64,000 nucleotides of DNA from Sphaerodactylus townsendi (taxonomy: Eukaryota): assembly GCF_021028975.2 (NCBI RefSeq), contig NC_059436.1, positions 31,806,001-31,870,000 of the forward strand. Direction: 5' to 3'. This document shows, in pieces, positions 48,601-60,640 of the stretch. The notes beneath the pieces were generated by a model. That model had not been told where the DNA came from and did no database searches. It saw only the letters and a program-made list of their open reading frames with translations. How positions within the stretch are numbered: position 1 is the stretch's first letter; each line of letters starts with the position of its first letter. Made by a program: the position numbers and the translations under genes.

Positions 48601-51600
48601 ACTGAAGGGGAAACTTTACTTTACTTTAACTGAATTCAGATGGCTTTTGCAACTTCTACCCTGTTCCATTATTGACCCCATGGAGATAATGCAGCCCCAG
48701 CCTCTCCTGAATTATACTAAACTCAAGTCAGTTTGGTTGGAGGGCCAGGTTTGCTATGGAGGAGACAGATGGAAGAACTGTGATTCTCTCCATTGCTTTT
48801 AATTCTATCATGGTATCTTTCTGAATCACCTTCCTAATTTGGGAGTTGGGTCTAACTTTCTGAAATGGTTTTGGCTTGCCTTTCCTGACAGGTAGATTCC
48901 GGAAGGGAATTTATGTGCCATTTGACAGCAACTACAATGTAGCACGCCACAAGGTTCTATAGCATCTCTTATATTGGGTCACACATCTTCAGAAAACTGA
49001 AGGATGAGGTTCTCAGGGGACTTGGAGTGAGGTGTCATTAGTGTTGCCAACTCTGGCATGGAAAACTTCTGAAGATTTGGAAGCACAGCAGAATATGGGG
49101 AGGCCTTTTAAAGCCACCGTTTCCTCCAGGAGAACTGATTTGTGTAGTCTGGAGACAAGGTTACCTACACCAGGTTGGAGAAATCCTTGGGATTGAGCCT
49201 ATGGTGGTCAGAGTTTGGAAGGTGGAAGGTGGAGAAAGTTTAACAGGGGAGAAAGTTTAACAGGGAGATAAAATTTGCACAATACTTTGGATGCTTAAGG
49301 TAAGGCTAATTATTGCCGTTGTTTATGCTGCCAATTGATACTCTGGCCCGTTGCTGAAGCACTTGGTCATAACTCCTCCAAAAACTCATATTTCTGTCCT
49401 CAGTGCACTGCTACTATACAAGCCTGGTTCTCTCTTCCCCTTTTTCAGCCCTGGCCAACGAGATCTCCATTCACCATCAATGTGCCCAAGGTCCTACATA
49501 CTGGTGTAAGAACCTAATGACGGCCATCCAGTGTGGCACTTTGCAGCACTGCATTCAAGCAGGTTGGAACCAGACCACCAATGTAAGTATCTTCTGATCT
49601 CTTTCTCCACCAGATGTTTCTCCCATTCATACTCAGCAGTCATCACAGAATAGAATGACTGATTCTGGGAGAATCTGCAGCTGAACTGGTCACCAGGCAA
49701 AGGGCAAAGACAAAGGCTTGCTGCTGAGAGGCACAATGGGTCCCTCCCATTCACTCAGATAGCTGGGAGATAGCTTTTCTGAAGGCTAAGCTTCCCCCAA
49801 GTATTTATTTACCATATCTACAGTCTAGATTTACCATGTTTACCATTATCTATTTACCATAACTATTTAACTGTGTGGTTTGGTTCTGCAACCCAACAAG
49901 ATCGACACAGACTTCAGAGAATAATCAGAACTGCAGAAAAAACAATTGCTGCTAACCTGCCTTCCATTGAGGACCTGTATACTGCACGGGTCAAAAAAAG
50001 GGCTGTGAAAATATTTACTGACCCCTCGCATCCTGGACATAAACTGTTTCAACTCTTACCCTCTAAACGTTGCTACAGAGCACTGCACACCAAGATAACT
50101 AGACATAAGAACAGTTTTTTCCCGAATGCCATCACTCTGTTAAACAAATAATTCCCTCGATAATGTTAAACTATTTATTATATACTTATTATATAATTAC
50201 TGCACTACTTTTTTCATCATTCCTATTACCCATCTCCTCCCACTTATGACTGTATGACTATAGCCTGTGCTGGCATTTTATTTTACATTTTATTTTATTT
50301 TATTTTATTTTATTTTATGATTTTACATTTTATGTTTTCATTACTACTGATTGTTTCCTGATTGCTTACTAGACCTATATGACAATCATTAAGTGCTGTA
50401 CCTTATGATTCTTGACAAATGTATTTTTCTTTTATGTACACTGAGAGCATATGCACCGGAGACAAATTCCTTGTGTGTCCAATCACACTTGGCCAATAAA
50501 GATTCTATTCTATTCTATTCTATTCATATCTACAGTGCAAGTTCATGCAATCAGCAGGACAAGACATCTAAAAAGTAGTGTGGTAGAATCAGGACTGCAG
50601 AATTCCCCCCCCCCCCCAAAAAAAATAGACTATTAGACATGATATACTAAACACTGCAGATAATTGTATTGCATAAGACAATGAAGTTAGAGTGAGAAAA
50701 TACATACAGCAAACACATTTTAAGTGTTCAGCAGTCTTCTGTATGGAAAAGGATGCATTCCGGACTCAGTGCAATAGTCCATAGTGCTATTTCCTTTATA
50801 AAAGCACATTCCTGAACCACTCTAACATAGCCACATTATAGAAATGCCATCCTGAGCCATTCGGTTTTATATAAATTACAGAACTACAAAAACATGGGTA
50901 GGATCAACTAATGCCTATGCATTCTGTGTTATGACGACTCCATGCCTTGTGGAATACCCTGGTGAGTAGATCAGGAAGGCCTTCCCGATCTACTCACCAG
51001 AGCTTTCCACAAGGTATGGGGTCATCATAACACAGAATGCATAGGCATTAGTTGATCCTGTCCATTTGCAAGATGGTACCCTCAGAAGGCCATGCTCAGA
51101 TGAGCAAAGATGTCATGGTGCCGCAGAGGAGGTGAGGCAGTCTTGAAGATATGAGTGTCCAAGGCCATGAAGAGGGTTTGTATATGCTAATCTCTTTGTA
51201 TTGAGATTATAGTACAAAGGGAGAGTAGTCTTAAGAGTTTCCTTCCCCCCATTCTTTTGCTGTCCTGAAACATCCCGAGGGAGCTGCTGTTTGCTCCACT
51301 GGGGAAACTTAATTTATAGCCCATCAGGATGCATGAAACTTCCCTGGTAGGGCATATTGTGGTTCACTGGGCCTTTTCACATCTGGAAAGCTACCCAAAG
51401 GGATATGCTTAGACTCCATCTACCCATGTGCCAAGGTCCCAAGTGTATCTTGGATGCACAGAATATGTCTGTTGACCCCACCCTGGGACTGTATCAGGGA
51501 ATCATGTACTGTGTACTCATGGTTGCCAACCTCTAGGTGGGGTCTGGAAATCTCCTAGAATGACAACTGATCTCCAGACGACAGAGATCAGTTCACTTGG

Positions 51601-54600
51601 AGAAAAATGACCGCTTTGCATGTTGGTTTCTATGGAATTATACTCTGTACTATGTATAATACACATACTACACAGTACTACTATGTACTAGAACAGGGGT
51701 CGGCAACCTTTACCACCCAAAGAGCCATTTGGACCCATTTTCCATGGGCCCCAAGATCTACTGAGTCACCTCCAGTTCAGCCCCTCCACTCACCTTTCCT
51801 TCCAGCGCTGGGAGGCAGAGGCACCGGGCAGGGAAGCCTCCTCTGCTTGACGGAGCAGGCAGCTGCCTGCTCTTTGGGGCAGAGGGGGGATGGCGGCTGC
51901 TCTGGAGGGACACGCCCATGCTACCCTCTGACCTGCAGGGGTCAGAGGGCAGCGTGGACATGTCCCTCCAGCCCTCCAGGGCAGCGCTGGAAGGAGAGGT
52001 GAATGGAGGGGAAGCAAAAAGCAGCACCTTCACACATGGAGTCGTCTCCAGTTTGGCCCCTCCACTCACCTCTCCTTCCAGCGCTTCTCTGGAGGGCTGT
52101 AGGGACACGCCCACGCTACCCTCCGACCTCCAGGCCACGCGGAGCCGCAGTATAAGGCTGAAAGAGCCGCATGCGGCTCCGGAGCCGCGGGTTGCAGACC
52201 CTTGTACTAGAACTTACTACTATGATACTACCAGTATATATTTTCATATATTATACTCTGCTGAAGTCCTTCCACTGTCGAGACCTTGTTTTCCTGAGGC
52301 TTTCCCTCCAAATTTCCTGGAATTTCCCAAATCATAGAATCACTCAGAATTGGCAGCCGTAGCCCTGGGTCTGCTTCTACCTTGTGATGTCCTACTGACT
52401 CTTGTCTCCTAGGAAGATTCGTGCACAGACTGTGAACAGATTGTGACCATCCTCACTCGCATGGCCAAGGAGTCATCCTTCAAGGTAATCAACAGATCCA
52501 GGGAGCTCATCATTCATTTACCAAAGACAAACTCTCTTGTCTGCTCCTTGTCCCTGGCAAATCATTACCCCTGTTCTTGCCTTGTGCAGGGCCATCTTCT
52601 TAAAACTGTTACTACTGGGAGCTGCTAGAGTTTTCTTTTTCAAGTGTTCAGCTCTCTTCTGTATGGGAAAGGACTTATCCACCCTGTGGCAGACTTGGCT
52701 TCTGAAGAGGCATTCCTGCGTAGTAGTGGGAAGGGGGAATGCTTCTTCTAAAATAAAGCTAACGAAATGCAGTTGTATTTGTGCTAAGAAAGATCTCCCC
52801 TCAGATCTGCGGACTGATTCATTGAAGGCAGTCTTTTAGTGATCAAAACATATTTAGTCAATCTACCCACTTGGCCAAATATTGCAGCTCCAGTTGTGGC
52901 AAATGTAGGAGACCATGGATAATCCAGCAAGTGCTGCACATCACTGTACCCTCCAAACACCCCAACTTTGAGTTGGGATGAGTGACAGCAGAACAGACAT
53001 CCCATAAGAGGCAGCTATCCCTCCCTAAGTTGACTGTGAATAGAAGCCAGAGAGGCAGCCCAAGAGAAGAGAAATGGACAGACAACCCAGGCATACACAT
53101 ATTGCCTCCCTCCCTAACCAAGTCCTGCTGTTGTCCTCACACAGGAGACCATCCAGAAGTACCTGGAACATGAATGTGCCACCTTGCCGCTGCAGACACT
53201 GATCCCACGTTGCCAGACATTGGTGGATACATACTTGGATCTCTTCATTTCCAGCCTGGAAGGGCAGATTGTAAGTAGCTCCGTTGGACCAGCTCTGCCA
53301 TGAATCCTTCCTTAGTAATTTAGTAACAAGAAGCTGAGTGATAGTGGGGATGTGGGGAGAAAGCCAAGGTGGAAGCTGCTCTAGCATGAGAAAACTTATA
53401 AAGGGGAACAGAAGACAGACATCTCTGGACCAATTAGTTGTGAAGATCTCTTGCACAAGCATCATGGAAATAAATTATTTGCTCTGGGCATGCACAAGAG
53501 AGCTTCCTCAGACACTGTTGCCCCAAGGTCCAGCTCTGAAGCTGCTTCCCTTTCCTTCTGGGGATGGCTGCCTATGAAAAAGGAATGGACTATTCATTTC
53601 CCACCCTGGATCCTTCTGTCCTTCAGAAGCCGCATTCTGTCTGTGCAAAGTTGGGCCTGTGCCAGTCTGAGTCACTGGAGACCAAGGACACTTTCAAGAT
53701 GCTGGTTCCAGTGGTGGAGCAGTTCTTTCAGTTGCTGCAAAGCAAAGCTCTCATCACACCCAACAGCCAGACTCAGGTAAGGACTGCTTCATCACGTTGA
53801 CCCTGCCAGACCTAGATGGAGGGGAAGAAGAAGCCTTTATCCTCCAAGACTAACCTTAATCTGACATGAACCTAGCTCAAGTCCAAGAGGTATGTCATGG
53901 CCCCTTGATCGGAAAGTGCTTTTGCTGCCAAAGCTGGCTGTAATTACTCACTATGCAAGAAATGCAATGAGGAGTTAGGATGATGGAGATCCACTTGCCT
54001 AGGACATAGACAACGATTCCCATGCAGAGGAGTCCAGTGGACCCAGCAGTGGTTAACAAGAAAAAGGTGAGAGGGAGGGAAGCGATACCCATCTGTGAGC
54101 CCAGTCTGGCTGCAGCAGGACTTTGTAGGGCCAAGAAGCCACTGACCAGATGGGGCCAACAGGGCCAAAACCCTTCTGCTCCAGGATGAGCAATGAACGA
54201 AACTTAGACTTGCTTCAGTGTGGCTTTTACTGCAGCAACAAGAAGGTTGCTTATACTTATTCCTTTTTCCTAGGAGATGCCAGGGGAGGAGCTGCCTATC
54301 CCCCTGCCCCTTTGTTGGCTGTGCAGATCTTTCGTGGGCAGGATTGAATCTGTTATCCCAAAGGTACAAATGCCATTTTCATTACACAACAGGGACAAGT
54401 AGGTACGGCACTCAGCTGCTCAAGCATCTAAGTCTTCTGTCTTTAAAAACAAACAGAACTCTTAACCCTCAGGGTCCAAGGTGCCTGGTTTCCCTATCTT
54501 TGGAAACTCACAGCAGGGATGAGGTTTCTGTATCCCCCCACCCCACCCCAATGCAAAAAATAATTCAGATCAATGAAGAAGAGGCACATTCTTCATGTGG

Positions 54601-57600
54601 CATTGGGATTGGGTCCAGCATACTGTCCCCTGCATAGAACATTCTGAGCGACCAAAGGAAGGTGCCACAAATACAGTCATCTAGTCTTAAGCGGCCCTGA
54701 ATGCCTTCAACAGACACAGACATTTGCACAGCACTTGCAACAGCATACAATTTCTTCGTTGGTCCGAACTGCCCATGGTTACGACTGCAAAGTAGGACAA
54801 GAGCTTTCAAGCAACTTTCTAGACCCAGAAGGTCTGACATCTCCAGCTTGGCAAATTCTTGGAAATTCAGGAACAGGGTCTGAGCAAAGTGAAATTTAGA
54901 TGTGGGAGAGAAGTCAGTAGAGATGTAATTCCATAGAGTCTATGCTCTAAAGCTGCTGTTTCCTCCAGGGGAAGTGATCTCTGTAGACTGAAGATCAGCT
55001 ATAAGTCTCAGAGTATTCCCAGACCCACCAGGAGGCTGGGTAGCCTCAGGCCCAGCCGAGATCTCTCAGCTTAGACACTGGCCTGCCCACTAACTTTCAT
55101 CCACGCTTGCTTTTTCTTCAGGAAGCAATTGGCAAGTCCCTGTCGCAACTCTGCCGGATTCTGCCAGGAGCCATTGCTGGAATGTGCCAGTGTTTGATGG
55201 AGAAATATACCGTAATCATTATGGATATGATCTTGGGCAAGCTGGGACCTCGCCTGATCTGCGGGATGATGCTCATGTGTGTCACAGAAGAAAACTGTGG
55301 TCCAGGTACAAGGCTAGCCAAGATGAACTCTCTCTCAAACTCAGGTGTGATGTACTTGTTTCTCACAAGGCCACTTCCAGCTAAGAAGAAACTCTCCGAC
55401 CAGCTCTTTCCCATGGCCTAGTTCACTGGTAGCGCCGTTTGGTGGCATGGGGAAGACAACAAATGTGCTTTATGCCCATCATTGTCTCCTACACCTGCAC
55501 AACCAGCAGCGGAGTCCAAGATAAATCCATGAGATGCAGCCAGTGCTGTTCGCTTGCTCCCAAGAATCTCTAGCCAAGCACAGCCACAGTTGCCTATGCC
55601 TAGAACAGCGTGTGGTGATCTCCAGAGCAGCAGAAGCAGGGGTGGAAGGGGCTGCTTTATAACTGGCAGTAGATGCAAACCCAGACAGAGATGTTCTTAA
55701 GCAGCACCCAAGAGGGCAGAGCTTCTCAAGGGAGAAAGCCAATGCTATGGACTTGACTGTTCCGGTTGTGGACCGTACAGTTCTCTTCCCTCTTTCCCTC
55801 CTCTATTACCCATCAATCCTGGCGCACTGGGTAGCTTTGAGAGAGAAGATAGCACACATTCACTAGCAGCCACAGGACATCTTTTTCTTACTCCCTTCCT
55901 GCTTAGGAGAGCTTGCAGTGTACAACTGCTAAGCCACCATGAAGTTCCTTAATCTCCGCCCCCTCCCTGCCATGTTCCTGAAATAGATAAAAATAATTGG
56001 ATGGGGCTGAACCGGAGGTGGTAACAGCTGTCCCTTCAGTACAGTGGCCCTGAAGAGGAGATGGGAGATGTCTCCTCAGTACGATGGGCAAATCAGTTTT
56101 TCAGCACAGAGTTTTTTTAAATCAAGAAGGGTGGCTTCAAAGTGGCTAGCTACCAGGGTTGAAATACAGACAGAGCAGGCAGCAGCAGAAGCAAGTTTGC
56201 TTTGAGGGGGTTATTTTCAAGGTGCCCTGCAAAGCAAGGAAGCACCATGGCTTCCTCTCACCAGAACTGTTTGTTTCTCCACTACAGAGATCCATCCAGG
56301 GCTGCTCCCTTGCCAAGCCTGCCTCGCTATCAGCAGCCAGGTGAAGTTGTCCCTGAAGTCAAACAGCACCCTGGCCGAAATAGAGGCAGCCTTGCATCGC
56401 ACCTGCAGCAGTACCTATCCAGGCTGGCAAGAAGAGGTGAGTGCCTAAAGAGAGAAGAGAGCAACCCAGGGCAACCTGCCCAAGTCTTGGCCTCAACCCC
56501 CCCCCCCCCCCAAATGACAGGAATCTGCTTCTGCTCAAGCAGTACCTGAAATCAGCATGGAGACACATTGTGGAACCTTAAGTGGGACAAAGGAAAACGC
56601 TAGACAATGGGGTGGGAGGAGAAACTGCAAACGGCAAGTTTTCAAGGTACTGTCCTGCTGTAGGAAGGGGAGGGTTTGGAGCTAAGAAGAGGCTAGAGCA
56701 CCTTCCCACAGCTCCAGTTCTTGCTGGCAGATGTTTATTCAGAGGAAGCCCTGGCCTCTAAGATGCTGCTGGTCTGACCCACCAGTTGCTCTTCATGCTC
56801 CTAGTTAAGGTGCAGCATGGAAAGGGGGCTCAGGTAGCTCTTGGCCAGCCAAGCACCACAAGATTCCAGGTCACAACCACCTGCCCAAGGCTCACATACG
56901 AAATACAGTACTCAGCATTACACAAAACTATGTATTTTTCTGTTTAAAGAAGAGAGTAGGAGAACTTGGAGACCCCCTCCTCCAAACGCCCTAAGTGAAT
57001 GACAGATTTTAAGCAGAGATGCCACCTTCTGCCATCCCAAATATCCGAGAGGCAATCAGTGACAGGAATTCATCATTGCAACAAGGCTATGGTGGCACCT
57101 AGACAATAGTAGATATATGCCCTCTTGCCAACTGGCAGGGGTGGTTTCCATTTTCCAGCCATACAGGACAAAGTGATCTGAAGACACAGTGGGGTATTAA
57201 CGACTTCTAGGAAAATAAATGGATCTAGGGTTGAGGATGCAGTCAGCTTTTCCATTCAAGCTCACTTAATTATTTTCCATATGACAATTTCCCTCCACCC
57301 CCAAGGCTCTTGTATATTCAGGCACCGTGAGTCTCAGCATAGCCTTTCTGAGTGTTTAAAGACCACCTCCTTCCTTTCTTGCTTGCAGAAAAGCTGGCTG
57401 AATCCAACCTATATTTGTTGGAATTTACTGCACAGAGAAGCAGCTAACACACCGATTAAAAGGGCAAAAGAAATTGTTTATTAGGAAGCACATGTAGGAT
57501 AAGAAAGAGGGAAAGATAGCATGCTGCTATCTTGCTAGCTAGGAAGAATCTCAGTTCTAACTTCCGAGAAGAAGCAGGATATTAGACCTGAGATTATCAG

Positions 57601-58464
57601 TCTAAGGACAGACAAGAGGTGACACAAAAGGATGGAGGGGTCACTAACTTTAAAGTCCTCTCTAGCTGACCGCTTGTCTGCCCCCTGCTGGGTCTTCTCC
57701 GTTTCTCTGCACATTAGACATTGCTACATCCAACAATATTATGCTAAAGTTACTCCTTTACTCTTTTGCAGTGCAAAAGCTTTGTCCACCAGTACCATTC
57801 AAAGTTGGTCCCTCTGCTTGCAAAACCATGGAGTTCACAGAAAACATGCCAGGTATGCCAGGCCTGTCCATCACAGACAGCATCCTTCAAATGCCTCTTG
57901 CCTAGCTGTAGATCCAGTTCTAATACTGGTGAAAATCACAATATGGAGTCTCCAAAGCATCTGGAGTTTTCGGAAGTGAATTTAAGTTGCAGCAACCAGT
58001 TCAGTGGGCGGGGGGGGAGGGGGGAGGCACACAATATGGAACTTCCTTGGGTAACATCAGCTCTGCAGAGCTCGGTTCTCATCCTTAAATCACCTCCCAG
58101 CAGCTTCCTGCCCTCCATACAGTGAAACCTCATTCAGTCCCACTATTTCATTTACCATTTTTGTTTATTGACTTCCTCTGTTAAGAATTCAAGCCGGATG
58201 GAAAAGGTCAGTTACAAAAGTTAAAAGAAAAAAAAAAGGGGGGGGGGGCTTAACCATAAAACAACAGAATTAAGTCCTCAAAGGGTCAAAACGAAATTCA
58301 CATATAGGGCCAACATATTCATGTTAGAGAAAGATATACACTGGGTCAATGAACCATCTTTTGATTAAAGCCTACCCTATATGAGAAAGTTGTGGTGTTA
58401 TCATTAGTCTTGCAGTAAGTCATAATTTTAAAATTAATTTCCTGCGTAATTAATTACATTGAGC

Positions 58465-58533
<69 letters not shown>

Positions 58534-59570
58534 GAAGCAGTGGCATAGGAGGTTAAGAGCTCGTGTGTCTAATCTGGAGGAACCGGGTTTGATTCCCAGC
58601 TCTGCTGCTTGAACTGTGGAGGCTAATCTGGGGAATTCAGATTAGCCTGTACACTCCCACACACGCCAGCTGGGTGACCTTGGGCTAGTCACAGCTTCTT
58701 GGAGCTCTCTCACCCCCACCTACCTCACAGGGTGTTTGTTGTGAAGGGGGAAGGGCAAGGAGATTGTGAGCCCCTTTGAGTCTCCTGCAGGAGAGAAAGG
58801 GGGGATATAAATCCAAACTCTTCTTCTTCTAGATAGACACAGAGAGAGAACTGGGTTTGTTTCCCCACTCCAACACATGAGCAGTCTTATCTGATGAATC
58901 AGATTTGTTTCTCCACTCCTACATTCCAGCTAAGTGACCTTGGGCTAATCACACTTCCCTCAGAACTCTCTCAGCCCCATCTGCCTCACAAGGTGTCTGT
59001 TGTGGAGAGAAGGGAAAGGAGTTTGTAGGTCCATTTGAGTCTCCTTACAGGAGAGAAAGGAGGGGAGGGTATAAATCTTTTTCTTTTTCACTTTCCTGTT
59101 TTCCAGAAACAATCTACCATAGTCTCACAGATCTTTAAAAAGCAATATTTTTTCCTCTGGAATTGAAACTTGGGTAGCTTTTGACCATTGAGGAAGGCCA
59201 CTTGGCCAAAAATATTTGGTCAGGGTTGGAAACTGGAACTGTTTGTGTATTTGTGTTATAACTGTGTATGGATATATTTATAATGCAGGCTATTAAGGGC
59301 CCTGTTTGAGTTATTGCTTTCAGCTGGCAATAGATAAATATTCCATATTATAATTTTAAATTATTTACATAATTTTCAAAATTGAATTTGTCGGCCCCAT
59401 ATGTGAATTTAGTCTTGACCCTTTGGGTACAAATTCAGTTACAAAAGTCTCCAGCTGGTTCATGAGGCAATCCACGCAGAAAAGTAAAGTGCTGAAGAAA
59501 TGCTACCAGAGCGCCAAGGTTACGATCGCACAAACTTCAGCCCCTGGGGATTATTAGCAACAGGTGGAAA

Positions 59571-59623
<53 letters not shown>

Positions 59624-60640
59624 GCAACAGGTGGAAACATTTCAAACATTTATTAGCAACAGGGGAACATTTCAAACATTTAACCACAAAAGGCCACATC
59701 ATAGGTCATGGACACTCCCATGGCATGACTCGGCTTGGAAAGGCAGTTCCAGTGTACAAGACAACAGGATTACTATTTCCGCTAAGACATGGGACCGCAC
59801 TGACTTCTCTTCCTCCAGTTTATTTCTTCTTATCCTTGCTAACAGGAACTGGGTGTCTGTGAGGCTGAGGGGGACCTGTTTCCAGGAGACACAGCATGTG
59901 CCCAGGGCCCTACTTACTGGTGCTCCAGCTTGAGAGCTGCTGAGCAATGCAAGGTAAGAACTGTGTCCGCATTATGGGAAAGCCGTGTTCTCAGACAGCT
60001 GGAGCATGCAGCAAGATCAAAACCACCAAAGGTTGCTGACTGCTTTGACAACTTTTGATTATTATGTCATTGCCACCCTCCACCAAGAATCTGATGGTTG
60101 ACAGGCAGCACAGAAATCATTACAGTAAAATATTCTGGGTCTAGATAGGCTGCTAGGAAGGCAGGCTAAAGAGATGGAGCAGGGGTGGGGGGAGAGCTGG
60201 CATGCTGGAGCAGATAGACTAGCATCTGAGACAACTGATGTTGAGTCCCTGTTGTGCTGTAGAAACTCAATAGATGGCCCAGGGTCCATCATGATCTTTG
60301 TTGTTGTGGGGATAAGGCAAAGGATGGAGAACAATGTAATATACCACTTTGGGCCTCCACCAGGGGAAAAGTGAAATACAAAAATAGGACTGGGCCTCCA
60401 GGGCATATGGAACTTGTTCTGATGACTGTTTCTCACATGTGAATAAATTTCAGCCGGCTTGGCTATTGACCTAGACCTTTGAATGGCCCCAACACAAAAA
60501 CCAAGCTAGAACTGTACAGGTACTAGAAGCCCCTCCACAGATTGTAGATACCATCACCCTTTTGAGTTGAAATCTAATTTCTCCCCGTTCTCACACTCTT
60601 CTAGGCTGTGCAGCACTGCCAGGCTCAGGTGTGGCTGTAG
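42650..60640 (+). CDS. SFTPB: Pulmonary surfactant protein B precursor, about 392 aa, 11 coding exons (signal peptide, SapA, three SapB, SapA)
   Basis: Exons 42650-42698, 49449-49582, 52413-52484, 53145-53270, 53627-53776, 54274-54363, 55122-55305, 56288-56436, 57772-57852, 59846-59953, 60605-60640 (TAG); 1179 nt, all GT-AG and in frame. Mature SP-B-like peptide LPIPLPLCWLCRSFVGRIESVIPKEAIGKSLSQLCRILPGAIAGMCQCLMEKYTVIIMDMILGKLGPRLICGMMLMC has the 7-Cys pattern. Tail-to-tail with USP39, as in human. Confidence 0.93.
43231..43724 (-). mobile_element. Non-autonomous hAT DNA transposon (same family as 551-1021, opposite orientation)
   Basis: TIR CAGTGATGGCGAACC; perfect 8-bp TSD CATTAGCG (43223-43230 and 43725-43732). 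Confidence 0.88.
46942..47156. mobile_element. Penelope-like inverted terminal-repeat insertion with hammerhead-ribozyme-like cores
   Basis: Arms of about 87 bp are centred on GGATCC (47030-47035). CCT-CTGAAGA-TGCC...GGT-GAAAC-ATC-AGG at 47034-47073. A 14-bp direct repeat ACATATTTGATCTT flanks it (46928-46941 and 47157-47170). Confidence 0.75.
47470..48628 (+). mobile_element. Sauria-type SINE split by an L2 insertion (SINE parts 47470-47604 and 48494-48628)
   Basis: tRNA head GTGGTGTAGTGGTTAAG...GAGTTCAAGCC; BovB-like tail GCAATGGCAAAC...GGACACGACTGAAGGGGAAACTTTACTTT. Confidence 0.7.
47622..48493 (+). mobile_element. Young, 5'-truncated L2-clade LINE
   Basis: IHATVISRLDYCNSLYAGLP...HIQPVLRQLHWLPVEFRIIFKVLVLTFKA is an L2 ORF2 C-terminus. 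CpGs are retained; it ends in a 3' stem-loop plus (TAAA)n tail. Confidence 0.88.
49825..50524 (+). mobile_element. Rex1/Babar-type LINE 3' end
   Basis: WFGSATQQDRHRLQRIIRTAEK...DPSHPGHKLFQLLPSKR...SFFPNAITLLN; AATAAA plus (TATTC)n tail; 12-bp TSD CATATCTACAGT (49813-49824 and 50525-50536). Confidence 0.82.
50901..51058. repeat. Loopless palindrome with 79-bp arms
   Basis: Arms 50901-50979 and 50980-51058 are reverse complements with about 7 mismatches; centre GGAAGG|CCTTCC. Confidence 0.92.
51694..52204. mobile_element. hAT MITE with internal GC-rich direct and inverted subrepeats
   Basis: TIR CAGGGGTCGGCAACC...GGTTGCAGACCCTTG; 8-bp TSD TACTAGAA (51686-51693 and 52205-52212). Nested in an older GGTTGCCAAC-type element (about 51520-52360). 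Confidence 0.85.
58466..58512. repeat. (GATA)n microsatellite
   Basis: Direct observation. Confidence 0.95.
58533..59085 (+). mobile_element. Two tandem Squam3-like SINEs (58533-58830 full length; about 58845-59085 older)
   Basis: Both match the family sequence; CTT tail at 58818-58830. Confidence 0.8.
59572..59622. repeat. (ATT)n microsatellite flanked by a direct duplication
   Basis: ATTAGCAACAGGTGGAAACATT occurs on both sides of the repeat. Confidence 0.9.

Noticed and set aside
59846-59933. Apparent early stop or frameshift in SFTPB exon 10 (ORF track frame ending ...TGAPA*)
   Set aside because: That ORF is in a different frame. The spliced frame (GAG GGG GAC CTG...) stays open to the GT donor at 59954.
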